Shown here piece after piece: positions 31,783-42,300 of a DNA stretch of 64,000 nucleotides (position 1 is the stretch's first letter; each line of letters opens with the position of its first letter). This DNA is from Spirochaetota bacterium. Its GTDB lineage: Bacteria; Spirochaetota; UBA4802; UBA5550. A program made the position numbers and the translations under genes. Below the pieces are notes generated by a model. It was not told the origin of the DNA, did no database searches, and was given only the letters and a program-made list of their open reading frames with translations. The stretch covers positions 2,080,001-2,144,000 of the forward strand of contig CAXXHB010000003.1 in NCBI GenBank assembly GCA_963664815.2, read 5' to 3'.

Positions 31783-33092
31783 TTCGAGTTAGGCGTTTTT
31801 TAAAAGAAAAAGATAATGAGGCAAAAAATTGTATTAATTTTAAGCCCCATTATGAATAGTATTTTAAAAACGACTTAACATGGATAAAAAAATAAACAAC
31901 AGAGAGCAGAAGACAAGTACTTTACAGCAGCAGAAGAAATATTTTCAAAGCCTCAGATGAGACATTTCAAGACGATGCTGATGGGAATAATAGAATATGA
32001 TGGGCGTCATACGATATCGAAACTTAATTCCAGTCAGTTAGATACGAGAGATGTAAGTAACGATATAAAATTCATAAGGGATACAGATTGGACCTGTGAA
32101 GAACTTTTGAAGCTGAACAGGGATTATCTGAAAAATACAGCAAAAAAGAGTAAAGCAGGCTTTTTAATAATAGACGATACAGTTATAGAAAAACAGGGAA
32201 AACCGAAGAAGATAGAGGGCCTTGGATGGCATTATTCCCATTCAAAAGGAAGAACTGTATATGGTCATTGCATGGTAAGCAGTCATTACAGAATTGGAGA
32301 TATATCCTTTCCCGACGATTTCAGGTTTTATCTTAATGAAGACATAGCAGATAGATGCGGGAATGAATTTAAAAGCAAGCCCGATATAGCATGTGAATTA
32401 ATTGAGAAGTTTGAATCTTTTACAGGAGAGAAGGTATACTGTTTAACAGATAGCTGGTACACATCTGAAAAGTTGTAAAAGCTGTACAAGCCAGAGAGTT
32501 TGAACTTATAGGATCGCTCAAGAGTAATAGAGTATTCCAGTTCATGGAGCATGGTAAAAAACATAAGCTGTCAAGTTATGTTAAGAACTTAAGAAACTCA
32601 TCCTTTGAAGAAATAATATTAAAGGGTGAAGCCTTCAAAGTCAGGCGGATAGAGGTCTGGCTGAAAGGTATCAGAGTTGTGATACTGATATCAAAAAGAG
32701 TCAAGGACGGATCTAAGATGTTCATTCTTAGTACAGATATGAACTTGAGCAATGAAGAGATACTGAAATATTACAGCTACCGCTGGGATATTGAAGTTGG
32801 ATATCTTTATTGTAAAGATCGTCTTGGAATGGGTCAATACCAGATGAGAAAACTGAAGGCAATAGGAAAATACTGTGCTCTTGTATTTGCTGCGTATGCT
32901 TTACTTGAATCATTGAGAGTTTCTAATAATGAACAAAGTCTTGGTAAATCAAGGCAGTACTTCAAGATTATGAAGAAAAGGGAATATGTTGATCAGGTGA
33001 TCATATTACATAAAAAGGGTGTTTCAAAAAGAGACATCTATAAAAAATTAAAACTCGTGGCGTAGATATGTCTAAAAAACGCCTAACTCGAG
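31783..33092 (+). mobile_element. IS701-like element
   Basis: Inverted repeats TCGAGTTAGGCGTTTTTT; 7-bp direct repeat TAATTAA (31776-31782, 33093-33099). Confidence 0.85.
31880..33065 (+). pseudogene. IS701-like DDE transposase, frameshifted
   Basis: IIDDT, DSWY and RWDIE motifs; frame breaks in A-runs near 31890 and 32470. Confidence 0.8.
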
Positions 33093-33149
33093 TAATTAAC
33101 TGATTCAGAATTATAGAACAGATCAATAAAATGTCAATATGTCCACTCA

Positions 33150-33249
33150 GCATAATTATTGCCAGATGTTCACTACGCACATCGCCGGACTTATTGAACC
33201 AGAAACTTTATACAGTCACCGGCGACGTCGTCAAGCTACTCAATTATAC
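33150..33249. repeat. Element C (attC-like), copy 4
   Basis: GCATAAT...TCGCCGG...CCGGCGA...ATTATAC. Confidence 0.7.
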
Positions 33250-33303
33250 GATATGAGAAACTTGTTGTTTTAGTACACTGAATTTGCATACGGGAATTAT
33301 TTG

Positions 33304-33834
33304 TTATGTATCAAACTCTATATTAACTTTTGGGGCATTTTTCATAACAAATTTTTTTTCTTTATATAATTTATAAGCTTCATCACCAATATAAAAATAA
33401 AAGCTGCTATTTTTACTTTGCTTTAAATTTTTTTTAATCCATTTCTGATATTCATTATATTGCTTATTAAGCCATTCAGGTTTTTTTATTAACTCTCCTT
33501 TTTCATCATAATATTTTGTTTGAAACCAAATTCGACCATTCCATAATTCGTTATCATTAACTATCTCACATCGTGAAAACTCGATAACCTCTGACAATGT
33601 ATCATCCACAAAACCGTTTTTCTTTATAAATATTTTCGAATCAGTTTTCATGATAAAAATTTTTCCGATTGTTGTTGAATCTAGTCTTTTACCTGAAATA
33701 TAACTTACTAGTTCCCCTATTTCATTTACTTTATTTCCACTTTTATCTACTATCACATCATTGTTCTTCTTAATAAATTCAATAAAAGATAGTTCATCAT
33801 TGGCTGTCATAAAAAAACTAATTTGCTTTCCCAT
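33304..33834 (-). CDS. Putative cytoplasmic immunity protein
   Basis: Starts 11 bp after the nuclease-tip stop; no signal peptide. Confidence 0.75.
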   Translation of the reverse strand: MGKQISFFMTANDELSFIEFIKKNNDVIVDKSGNKVNEIGELVSYISGKRLDSTTIGKIFIMKTDSKIFIKKNGFVDDTLSEVIEFSRCEIVNDNELWNGRIWFQTKYYDEKGELIKKPEWLNKQYNEYQKWIKKNLKQSKNSSFYFYIGDEAYKLYKEKKFVMKNAPKVNIEFDT

Positions 33835-33845
33835 ATTCAGTATCC

Positions 33846-36728
33846 TTATTTATTATATGGATAGAATTTAACTCCATATCCAGCATTTTCAAAATCCTGA
33901 ATAGCTTTTGCTTCTCTTGAAACGGGAAGTCCACCTTTTGTTTCTTTCCCCACTTGAATGATAAATTTTTCCCCTGTTTCCTCATTTTTTACTAAAGCAT
34001 CCCCCCATCTTGATTCTTTAAACCCACCGGGTGTTTCTACTTTATATTCTGTTTTAACAGTATATCCATTCTTTTCAAAATCTGTTACAACTTCAGAAAT
34101 TTTCTCTTGATGAAGTGGACCACCTGCTTTTCCATATGGATTAGGAACTGCTTTAGCTACATCATCCGCTTTCCCTGTTACACCCAAAACATTCTCAGCA
34201 CTTGTAATACCGGAAACTGATAATCCTTTATTTATTAAAGCATTCTCAATCAATTCACCTGCAATGAAACCAGCCACTTCAGCAGGGTGTTCGGTTACCT
34301 TCTCTTTTACATTTTCTGCTACATTGCCTAAATAGTTTCCTGCACCCTGTTCACTTATATTATCTGCTAAACCTGTTACAGTCTCAACTCTTTTATTAAA
34401 TTCATAAGCACTTCCCAGTGCAGGATTTATCAGGTATAATCCACCTGTTGTTAATGATTCTTTTATTTCATCCTTAGTCGGTAATGAAGATAAAAGTCCT
34501 TCACCAAATTCACCTGCGTAATACGATAAATCCTTACCTTTTTGTCCTTCTAAATATTCATTAGTCTTCGATCTGTCCAGTTCTTTAAAGTCGGCAAGAT
34601 ACTTAGCCTCTTTTGTTTTCTCATTCGCCGCCCTTTCCTTCGCGAACTTAACCTCAATTGCATGTGCCGCATCAGGGTCAATCTCTTTAAGCAGCGCTAT
34701 CTTGGCATTTATTACAACCGCAGTATCTTTCGTATATGTATCAAGAATATCCTTTGACAGACTATTTGATAGCTCCTGCTTTACAGTTTTGTAAGCATTC
34801 AGCATATCCATCTGCTCATCGGGGCTCAGTGCTTCTCCGACAAGGTTTTTTGATCCGTAATATGCAAGTGTCTCTGATGCACTTACAGGTTTCCCGTTTT
34901 CAACCTTCTTCTCGTATTCATCCATTGTCTGGAATGATGATACATTTTTATCTTCTGTATAGTGGTCAAATTTTAACAGGTTCTCAGTCTTCTCAATTGT
35001 TGTTTCAATTTCCTGATCTACCTTCTTCGCTGTTTTCTCTGCTTCAGTTAATCCACTTTCCAATGCACCCACTGTATCATATAAAGTCTTTTCCCTGTCT
35101 TTTATCAGTTCTACTGTTGCGGTATCTACCGTAACTCCGCCTTTAAGTCCTCCGCTGTATGTATTGTATTGTGATATTGTTACATCTCTGTTAAGTCCCT
35201 CTGCCGATGTTTCCGGTTTGGTTATTGTTATTGTTCCTGCTCCTATTGTGGCCAGGTTTGTCTGTCTGTTGTCTGTGTAGCCGTAGTTTAAGCTTGAACT
35301 GTACGTATTTTCTGTTGGTTTGAAGCTGCCGCTTGCGCTTCCACCTGCATTGAAAGATACGTCCTTGTCCTTTATGTTGCTGAACTCAAGGCTTCCGGTT
35401 GTAAGTGTCAGGTTATCTGTTGTTGATGCTATTACTGCCCCTCTTAGGGTTGTCTTGTCTTCAACGTCTACGTTTACTGTCCCGCCGGTTAGGGATGTCT
35501 GTTCTGTTACCCAGCTTTTCTTCCCCGTGGAGAAGTTTGCGTTTACTCCGGCATTTCCCGATACGTTTTCGCCTGTTACACTTACTCCCCCGCTTGCGCC
35601 TATGGTCTGCGAGCTGTTTTTACTTTTATCCTGCAGTGATTGTACCACAAGGGAACCATTTACATCAAGGTCAAGCTCGTTTTTCGCCTTTACCACTCCG
35701 CCGATTACTGTTGTGTCTTCGCTGCTCTTTATTTTTATGTTGTTTCCGCTTAAATGTGCGTTGGTATATGTTTTGCTTTCGCTATCTGTCTCCGTGCTGT
35801 CTGCTGATGCATTAACTCCAATTGCTCCCGATGTTCCGAAACTTACCTTCATGTTGGCATGTTTCTTATCTTCGCTGCTGCTCTCTCTGTTCTCCGCCGC
35901 GCTTATCTCCACATTCTCTGCGTCAAGGGTTATATCCTCACCGGCTGCCACGCTGCTCCCCTTTACCTCCGCTTTGCTCCCCGCTGTTACAGTAAAGCTC
36001 CCTCCGGTTTTTATTGTCGATGCCTTTGCAGTTGTGCTTTCCGATGTCGATTTTGTTTTTGTGGCGTCTATTTCAAACTGGGCATCTCCGCTGAAGCCGA
36101 ATGCCTCTGCAGATCCCGCCGCCCCCGCTGCGCTTTGCAGCAGCGCCGCTGTCTTTGCTACCACGTTCTCCCCGCAGAGCGCTATATTCGCAATGTAAAA
36201 GGCCTCCTGCTCTCTTATTGAATCCAGATCATCCTGGTCTATAAGGTTGTTTTTATGGTCATCTTCTGCTTTCTTCAGGCTCTCCCTGTATTTCTCATAA
36301 TCATTCTTTGCCTTTACAACTGCTTCCTTTGCCTCTACCAGAGCCTTTGTTGCGTATGCTACATCCGTTGCGGCATTCTTGCCCCCAAACGAAAATTCCA
36401 CGCTTCCGTGAGTCTCTTCTGCTGTATGGCTTGTCTTCTCTTCTGTTGTCTTTATGCTTACGTTTTCTGCCGCCGTAAGGGTTACATCTCCACCGGTATT
36501 TATCTCAGATCCCGCTACTGTTATATTCTTTCCGCTGTTTACCGTAAGATCTTCCGATACATTAAGTTTTGATGAGCTCTGTGTCTCCCTGTCTGTCCTC
36601 TCCTTTACGCTGTCGTAGCTCCCCCCTGCAAGCGTTACTGACGCTCTCCCCTGGTCATAGTCAAAGGCGTTTTTGGGGTTGGTAAACAGGTCCATGTTTA
36701 TCCCCATTGTGGTCTTTTCAATATTCAT
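33846..36728 (-). pseudogene. Long orphan CdiA with PD-(D/E)XK-type nuclease tip
   Basis: PNPYGKAGGPLHQ...TE...RWGD...IQVGK...RE..AI.D; trunk identical to cdiA from EKTTMG. Confidence 0.8.
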
Positions 36729-36837
36729 ATCGCATAATTATTACTAATCATTCACTTTCTTACATCGCCGGACTCACAGTAACAGAAAATTTGTCCAATC
36801 CCCGGCGGTTTTGTTCAACTACTCAATTATGCGATAT
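36727..36837. repeat. Element C (attC-like), copy 5
   Basis: Perfect 13-bp terminal inverted repeat ATATCGCATAATT / AATTATGCGATAT. Confidence 0.75.
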
Positions 36838-36951
36838 AGGGAATTTTTTGTGTCAGTGAACTGAACTTCTATACAAAACCTTTTTTTTTATTCATCAAAA
36901 CATTTTTTTTAGTAAACTTACAGCTTGAAAACTTTTGCAGTACAAATAAAT

Positions 36952-37266
36952 TTATTTAATAAGAATCATACTGATTAGTATTCTGAAATTAACAAAAACA
37001 AAACCCAATAAAAGTAAGATCTTCAATTCATCTTCATAATTCCAACCTATTTTATTTGTTATCCATATTACTATCAATATTGTGACTATAAAATATACCA
37101 CATAATTTGATGAATTATTAAAAACACTCTTAAGTTTATTAACTTTATCCCAATCATTGTTTTTTTGTGCATTATACCTTTTTATAAAAAACATTACTAT
37201 ATACATTACAGTTGTAGCAATTATTAATAAAAATTCCAAATTAATTATACTATGCGATCTAAGCAT
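36952..37266 (-). CDS. Putative 3-TM immunity protein, paralogue of 30024-30335
   Basis: Shared FFIK..NA.K..D..K and NYED.L..LLL patterns; RBS GGAG. Confidence 0.75.
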   Translation of the reverse strand: MLRSHSIINLEFLLIIATTVMYIVMFFIKRYNAQKNNDWDKVNKLKSVFNNSSNYVVYFIVTILIVIWITNKIGWNYEDELKILLLLGFVFVNFRILISMILIK

Positions 37267-37355
37267 AAATCTCCATTATTAAATATATTCTGTGCTGTTT
37301 AAAATAAATATCAGCTTTCTAAAAAAGGTTTTTTGAATTAAAATCTTTTAAAAAT

Positions 37356-38762
37356 TTAATCTTCGTTGACTCCGGATGTACCTTTTTTTAATCTATTTTT
37401 TACAATCGAATCAATAAATTGTTTTTGTTCAGATTTAATTAACTCCCCAGTACCATTTACACTTTTATCCACAACTTGTGTGCCTGTAGTGATTGTAGGT
37501 GTACCAGCAGTATATGTTAATGATGCTTCAGATGTCGTGATCCCTCCTCTAATTCCGATTTTCTGTGTTCCAAAATCTACTTCGACAATGACATTTTCTA
37601 AGCTTAAAGAAACGGTTCCGAAAGGATTTCCATCTCCATAACTTACGCCTGCTGTTATTGAACCTATTGTTTTTGGACCTATTCCAACTGTAGGATTAAG
37701 TTTACCTGAAATAGTTGCATCTTTATTAACAGTAAATTCGCCCGTACCACTTAAAGTGAGACCACCTCCTCGTCCATATACGTCTTCTTCTGCAAGAACT
37801 GTAGTAGAAACAACAACGTCTCCCTTCGGTAAAAATTCAATTACTTTGCCTAAGGTAGTTTTTTCTATAGAAGTCTGTACATCGGTTATCAGCCTATCTC
37901 CTTCTTTTAATTTATATGGATATTCAAGCTGAGGATTGTTCTTTAAGAATTTTTCTTTTTCTGTATCAAAATCGGTATTTATACCGAGTGCAACTTTCCT
38001 TTTTACATCTGTTTCAATAAAATCATCAACCAATGTATCACCTTTATCTACACGTTCAGTTATAACATTAACGGTACCTTTTTTGTCATATTCTTCAAAG
38101 GTTTTAGTATAAAGTAATGGTTTAGAACGTGCTACTACTCCACCATCTTCACTTGTATCAAGTTCTTTCGCCTTTTCGCTACCCTTAACCAGTGTATCTG
38201 ATTCAGCATTCGCATTATTCCAGTTAATTACAGCATCATGATTTGTAGTTGTTGAAGCTGTTTCTGAAAACCTGTTCCATAAATTTCCCGCCTGTTCTCC
38301 ACGTGAAGATGCAAGTGTAAGCTGCTGTCCTGCATCAAGGTCCAGCCCATTAGTGGTGTTATCCTTCCTCTGGGCTTCCCAGAAGAGTGATGTAATAATA
38401 TCTCCACCCTTTGATATATCTGTTCCTTCGGTATTCAGATATGTTTCATTATTATTCTGGTCATATGCTGCTGCATATCCATTCATCGCGTTATCTGTTT
38501 TATCTCCCTGATACAGATTTACATGAGATATTTTATCATCCTTAACTCCATCGCTGCTCTGAACAGTTTCAGAAACCTTATTAACCGCTTCTTTCAATGA
38601 TGCCGCATCTTTATCAAGTGCATTATCGAGTTTTTCAGCTAAAGCCTTGTTCTCTGCCAGGGCTGCTATTGTTAATACATCCTTACGGGCATTAATTACA
38701 GCCTCGAGTGTACCCGCGAATCCAAGACCTTCTTTAGCTTTGGTAGTTTCTGTTGCCTCTTC
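37356..38762 (-). pseudogene. Orphan type-B module with LysM-like + Gly-rich tip (ORF 37356-38597)
   Basis: Diverged paralogue of the 30328 tip (VDKGDTL...NPQL..P..LKEGDRL). Confidence 0.7.
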
Positions 38763-38884
38763 AACCTCTGCCCGTATACAATCCTGAGAAAACGGTTTTT
38801 CACTGTATATACTATAAAAAAATTACTTTCAAAGATCAATAATTAACTGATTCAGAATTATAGAACAGATCAATAAAATATCAA
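38763..38884 (-). promoter_or_regulatory. Element B with TTGATA-N16-TATAAT (38884-38857)
   Basis: Repeat copy. Confidence 0.7.
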
Positions 38885-38896
38885 TATGTCAACTCA

Positions 38897-38994
38897 ACAT
38901 AATTGTCGCTAGACGTTCACTACGCACATCGCCGGACTCAGTATCAGAAACTTTATACAGCCCCGGCGATGTCGTTCTAGCTACTCAATTATTC
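38897..38994. repeat. Element C (attC-like), copy 6
   Basis: ACATAAT-N5-CTAGACG...CGTTCTAG-N7-ATTATTC. Confidence 0.7.
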
Positions 38995-39044
38995 GATATG
39001 GAGGATCTTTACTTATTAAAATTACTTATTTTTACCAATGTGAA

Positions 39045-39332
39045 TTAAAAAAGCTTAAGAATTTTTCCCGTGGCGATCTCTTTCCCTTCCCAAAGTGTTA
39101 TAAGCTTTCCTCGTTTTAATTTTGGTAATACTAAATCTGGATTCATGAATTTTACAGGAATCTCATATATTCCACCCAATTGAAGCTCTCGACCTTCAAG
39201 TATCAAACGACAATCGAATCCGCTCCCGTCAACGAATAGAGGACACCCATAGACTTGACCTACTACAGAAGTTTTTCGTCCTCCTTCAGCAGTTGTTTTA
39301 AAACGAACCTCAATAATAACATCTGGCTTCAT
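39045..39332 (-). CDS. cdiI: Cognate immunity of primary CdiA; stand-alone EF-Tu domain III-like protein
   Basis: Starts 7 bp after the cdiA stop. KP...EV.....EGGR.T...Y...EG.E...G...V....P...G......EG....G.I.K aligns with the EF-Tu C-terminal barrel. Confidence 0.8.
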   Translation of the reverse strand: MKPDVIIEVRFKTTAEGGRKTSVVGQVYGCPLFVDGSGFDCRLILEGRELQLGGIYEIPVKFMNPDLVLPKLKRGKLITLWEGKEIATGKILKLF

Positions 39333-39339
39333 TTAAATT

Positions 39340-42300
39340 TTACCTCGATGTAAGTGGCATGTAATCAAGTACAGTTGGCACAAGCTTTTCTAAACGTTCA
39401 TCTGGTATTACCCAAGCAGATATACCACGATCAACTATTGCTGGCGTGAGCCCTTCAAAAATAGTTTTTGGGACATCAGTTTTTATTAATGTATAAGGAG
39501 CATCGCCAAATCCATTTACAGCTTGTTTAGCATATGATGCTGCATCCTCTGCATATGTTGAAAAATATTTACCTTCTGCTGATCCTAAATTTCTAAGAAC
39601 TCCACTTGATTGAATATCAGCTAATTCATTCGGACCGACAGCACGATATAATGTTTGAACTTTCTCAACAATTTTTCCTGCAGCATTTGCAATATCATCA
39701 CCATGTTCAAAAGCTTCTTCACCTATGTTTTCAACTACTTTTCCTGTCCCTCCTATTGGTATAATAGGGAGAATAATAGCAGCGGCAGCAAAGCCTTTTT
39801 CTGTATCTGTTGCTTCCTCACCATACTGATTTTTACCTGTAGCTAAAGTGTTAGCACCTATCACAGCTCCAAATAAAACATCATCTACACCACCGCAAAT
39901 TCCCTGAGCACTGACCCCTTCATTTGCGAACATCTTTGTCTCTTTTGCTATCTCATTTCCCTGCTGTATCTCCGCATCTCTTAAACCTGAATTTACCGCC
40001 AGCTGCTTAGCATAGGCTATCTCCGCCCTTTCCTCCGCAAACCTAACTTTAATTGCATGTGCCGCATCAGGATCAAGCTTTTCAAGCAGCGCTATCTTGG
40101 CATTTATTACCAGTGCACCATCTTTTGTATATGTGTCAAGAATATCCTGCTTCAGATCATTTGCTACTTCTTTGGTTCTTGTCTGAATCGCTTTATTCTC
40201 ATCCTGCTGCTCTTCAGGACTCAGTTTTTCTCCGACAGCTTTTTTTAACTCATAATAATCAAGCTTCTCCTGCGCACTTACAGGTTTCCCGTTTTCAACC
40301 TTCTTCTCGTATTCATCCATTGTCTGGTATGATGATACATTTTTATCTTCTGTATAGTGGTCAAATTTTAACAGGTTCTCAGTCTTCTCAATTGTTGTTT
40401 CAATTTCCTGATCCACCTTTTTCGCTGTTTTCTCTGCTTCAGTTAATCCACTTTCCAATGCATCTACTGTATTATATAAGGTCTTTTCCCTGTCTTTTAT
40501 CAGTTCTACTGTTGCGGTATCTACCGTAACTCCGCCTTTAAGCCCTCCACTGTATGTATTGTATTGTGATATTGTTACATCTCTGTTCAGTCCCTCTGCC
40601 GATGTTTCCGGTTTGGTTATTGTTATTGTTCCTGCTCCTATTGTGGCCAGGTTTGTCTGTCTGTTGTCTGTGTAGCCGTAGTTTAAGCTTGAACTGTACG
40701 TATTTTCTGTTGGTTTGAAGCTGCCGCTTGCGCTTCCACCTGCATTGAAAGATACGTCCTTGTCCTTTATGTTGCTGAACTCAAGGCTTCCGGTTGTAAG
40801 TGTCAGGTTATCTGTTGTTGATGCTATTACTGCCCCTCTTAGGGTTGTCTTGTCTTCAACGTCTACGTTTACTGTCCCGCCGGTTAGGGATGTCTGTTCT
40901 GTTACCCAGCTTTTCTTCCCCGTGGAGAAGTTTGCGTTTACTCCGGCATTTCCCGATACGTTTTCGCCTGTTACACTTACTCCCCCGCTTGCGCCTATGG
41001 TCTGCGAGCTGTTTTTACTTTTATCCTGCAGTGATTGTACCACAAGGGAACCATTTACATCAAGGTCAAGCTCGTTTTTCGCCTTTACCACTCCGCCGAT
41101 TACTGTTGTGTCTTCGCTGCTCTTTATTTTTATGTTGTTTCCGCTTAAATGTGCGTTGGTATATGTTTTGCTTTCGCTATCTGTCTCCGTGCTGTCTGCT
41201 GATGCATTAACTCCAATTGCTCCCGATGTTCCGAAACTTACCTTCATGTTGGCATGTTTCTTATCTTCGCTGCTGCTCTCTCTGTTCTCCGCCGCGCTTA
41301 TCTCCACATTCTCTGCGTCCAGGGTTATATCCTCACCGGCTGCCACGCTGCTCCCCTTTACCTCCGCTTTGCTCCCCGCTGTTACGGTAAAGCTCCCTCC
41401 GGTTTTTATTGTCGATGCCTTTGCAGTTGTGCTTTCCGATGTCGATTTTGTTTTTGTGGCGTCTATTTCAAACTGGGCATCTCCGCTGAAGCCGAATGCC
41501 TCTGCAGATCCCGCCGCCCCCGCTGCGCTTTGCAGCAGCGCCGCTGTCTTTGCAACCACGTTCTCCCCGCAGAGCGCTATATTCGCAATGTAAAAGGCCT
41601 CCTGCTCTCTTATTGAATCCAGATCATCCTGGTCTATAAGGTTGTTTTTATGGTCATCTTCCGCTTTCTTCAGGCTCTCCCTGTATTTCTCATAATCATT
41701 CTTTGCCTTTACAACTGCTTCCTTTGCCTCTACCAGAGCCTTTGTTGCGTATGCCACATCCGTTGCGGCATTCTTGCCCCCAAACGAAAATTCCACGCTT
41801 CCGTGAGTCTCTTCTGCTGTATGGCTTGTCTTCTCTTCTGTTGTCTTTATGCTTACGTTTTCTGCCGCCGTAAGGGTTACATCTCCACCGGTATTTATCT
41901 CAGATCCCGCTACTGTTATATTCTTTCCGCTGTTTACCGTAAGGTCTTCCGATACATTAAGTTTTGATGAGCTCTGTGTCTCCCTGTCTGTCCTCTCCTT
42001 TACGCTGTCGTAGCTCCCCCCTGCAAGCGTTACAGAAGCTCTCCCCTGGTCATAGTCAAAGGCGTTTTTGGGGTTGGTAAACAGGTCCATGTTTATCCCC
42101 ATTGTGGTCTTTTCATGGATGCTGTATTCGTAGCTTGTCTCTTTTGCGCTTGTTTCTGTAAAACTGCCGGTTGTGTCAAATTCCGCAATGCCGGCGTTTA
42201 TGGCGCTCCCCTCCATCAGAAAATCGCCGCCTGTGGATGCTTTAAGTTTTCCGGCAGTTATTGCAGATCCCGCGGCTGTTGTTGCTCCGTTTCCGGCTGC

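Larger units (their letters stand above)
31699..33137 (-). promoter_or_regulatory. Element B split by IS; perfect TTGACA-N16-TATAAT at 33137-33110
   Basis: Removing 31783-33099 restores the element. Confidence 0.7.

Noticed and set aside
36727-36755. ATATCGCATAA as the XerC arm of a dif/pdif site
   Set aside because: No XerD-like TTATGTTAAA arm after a 6-bp core; the sequence is better explained as one arm of the ~100-bp palindrome.
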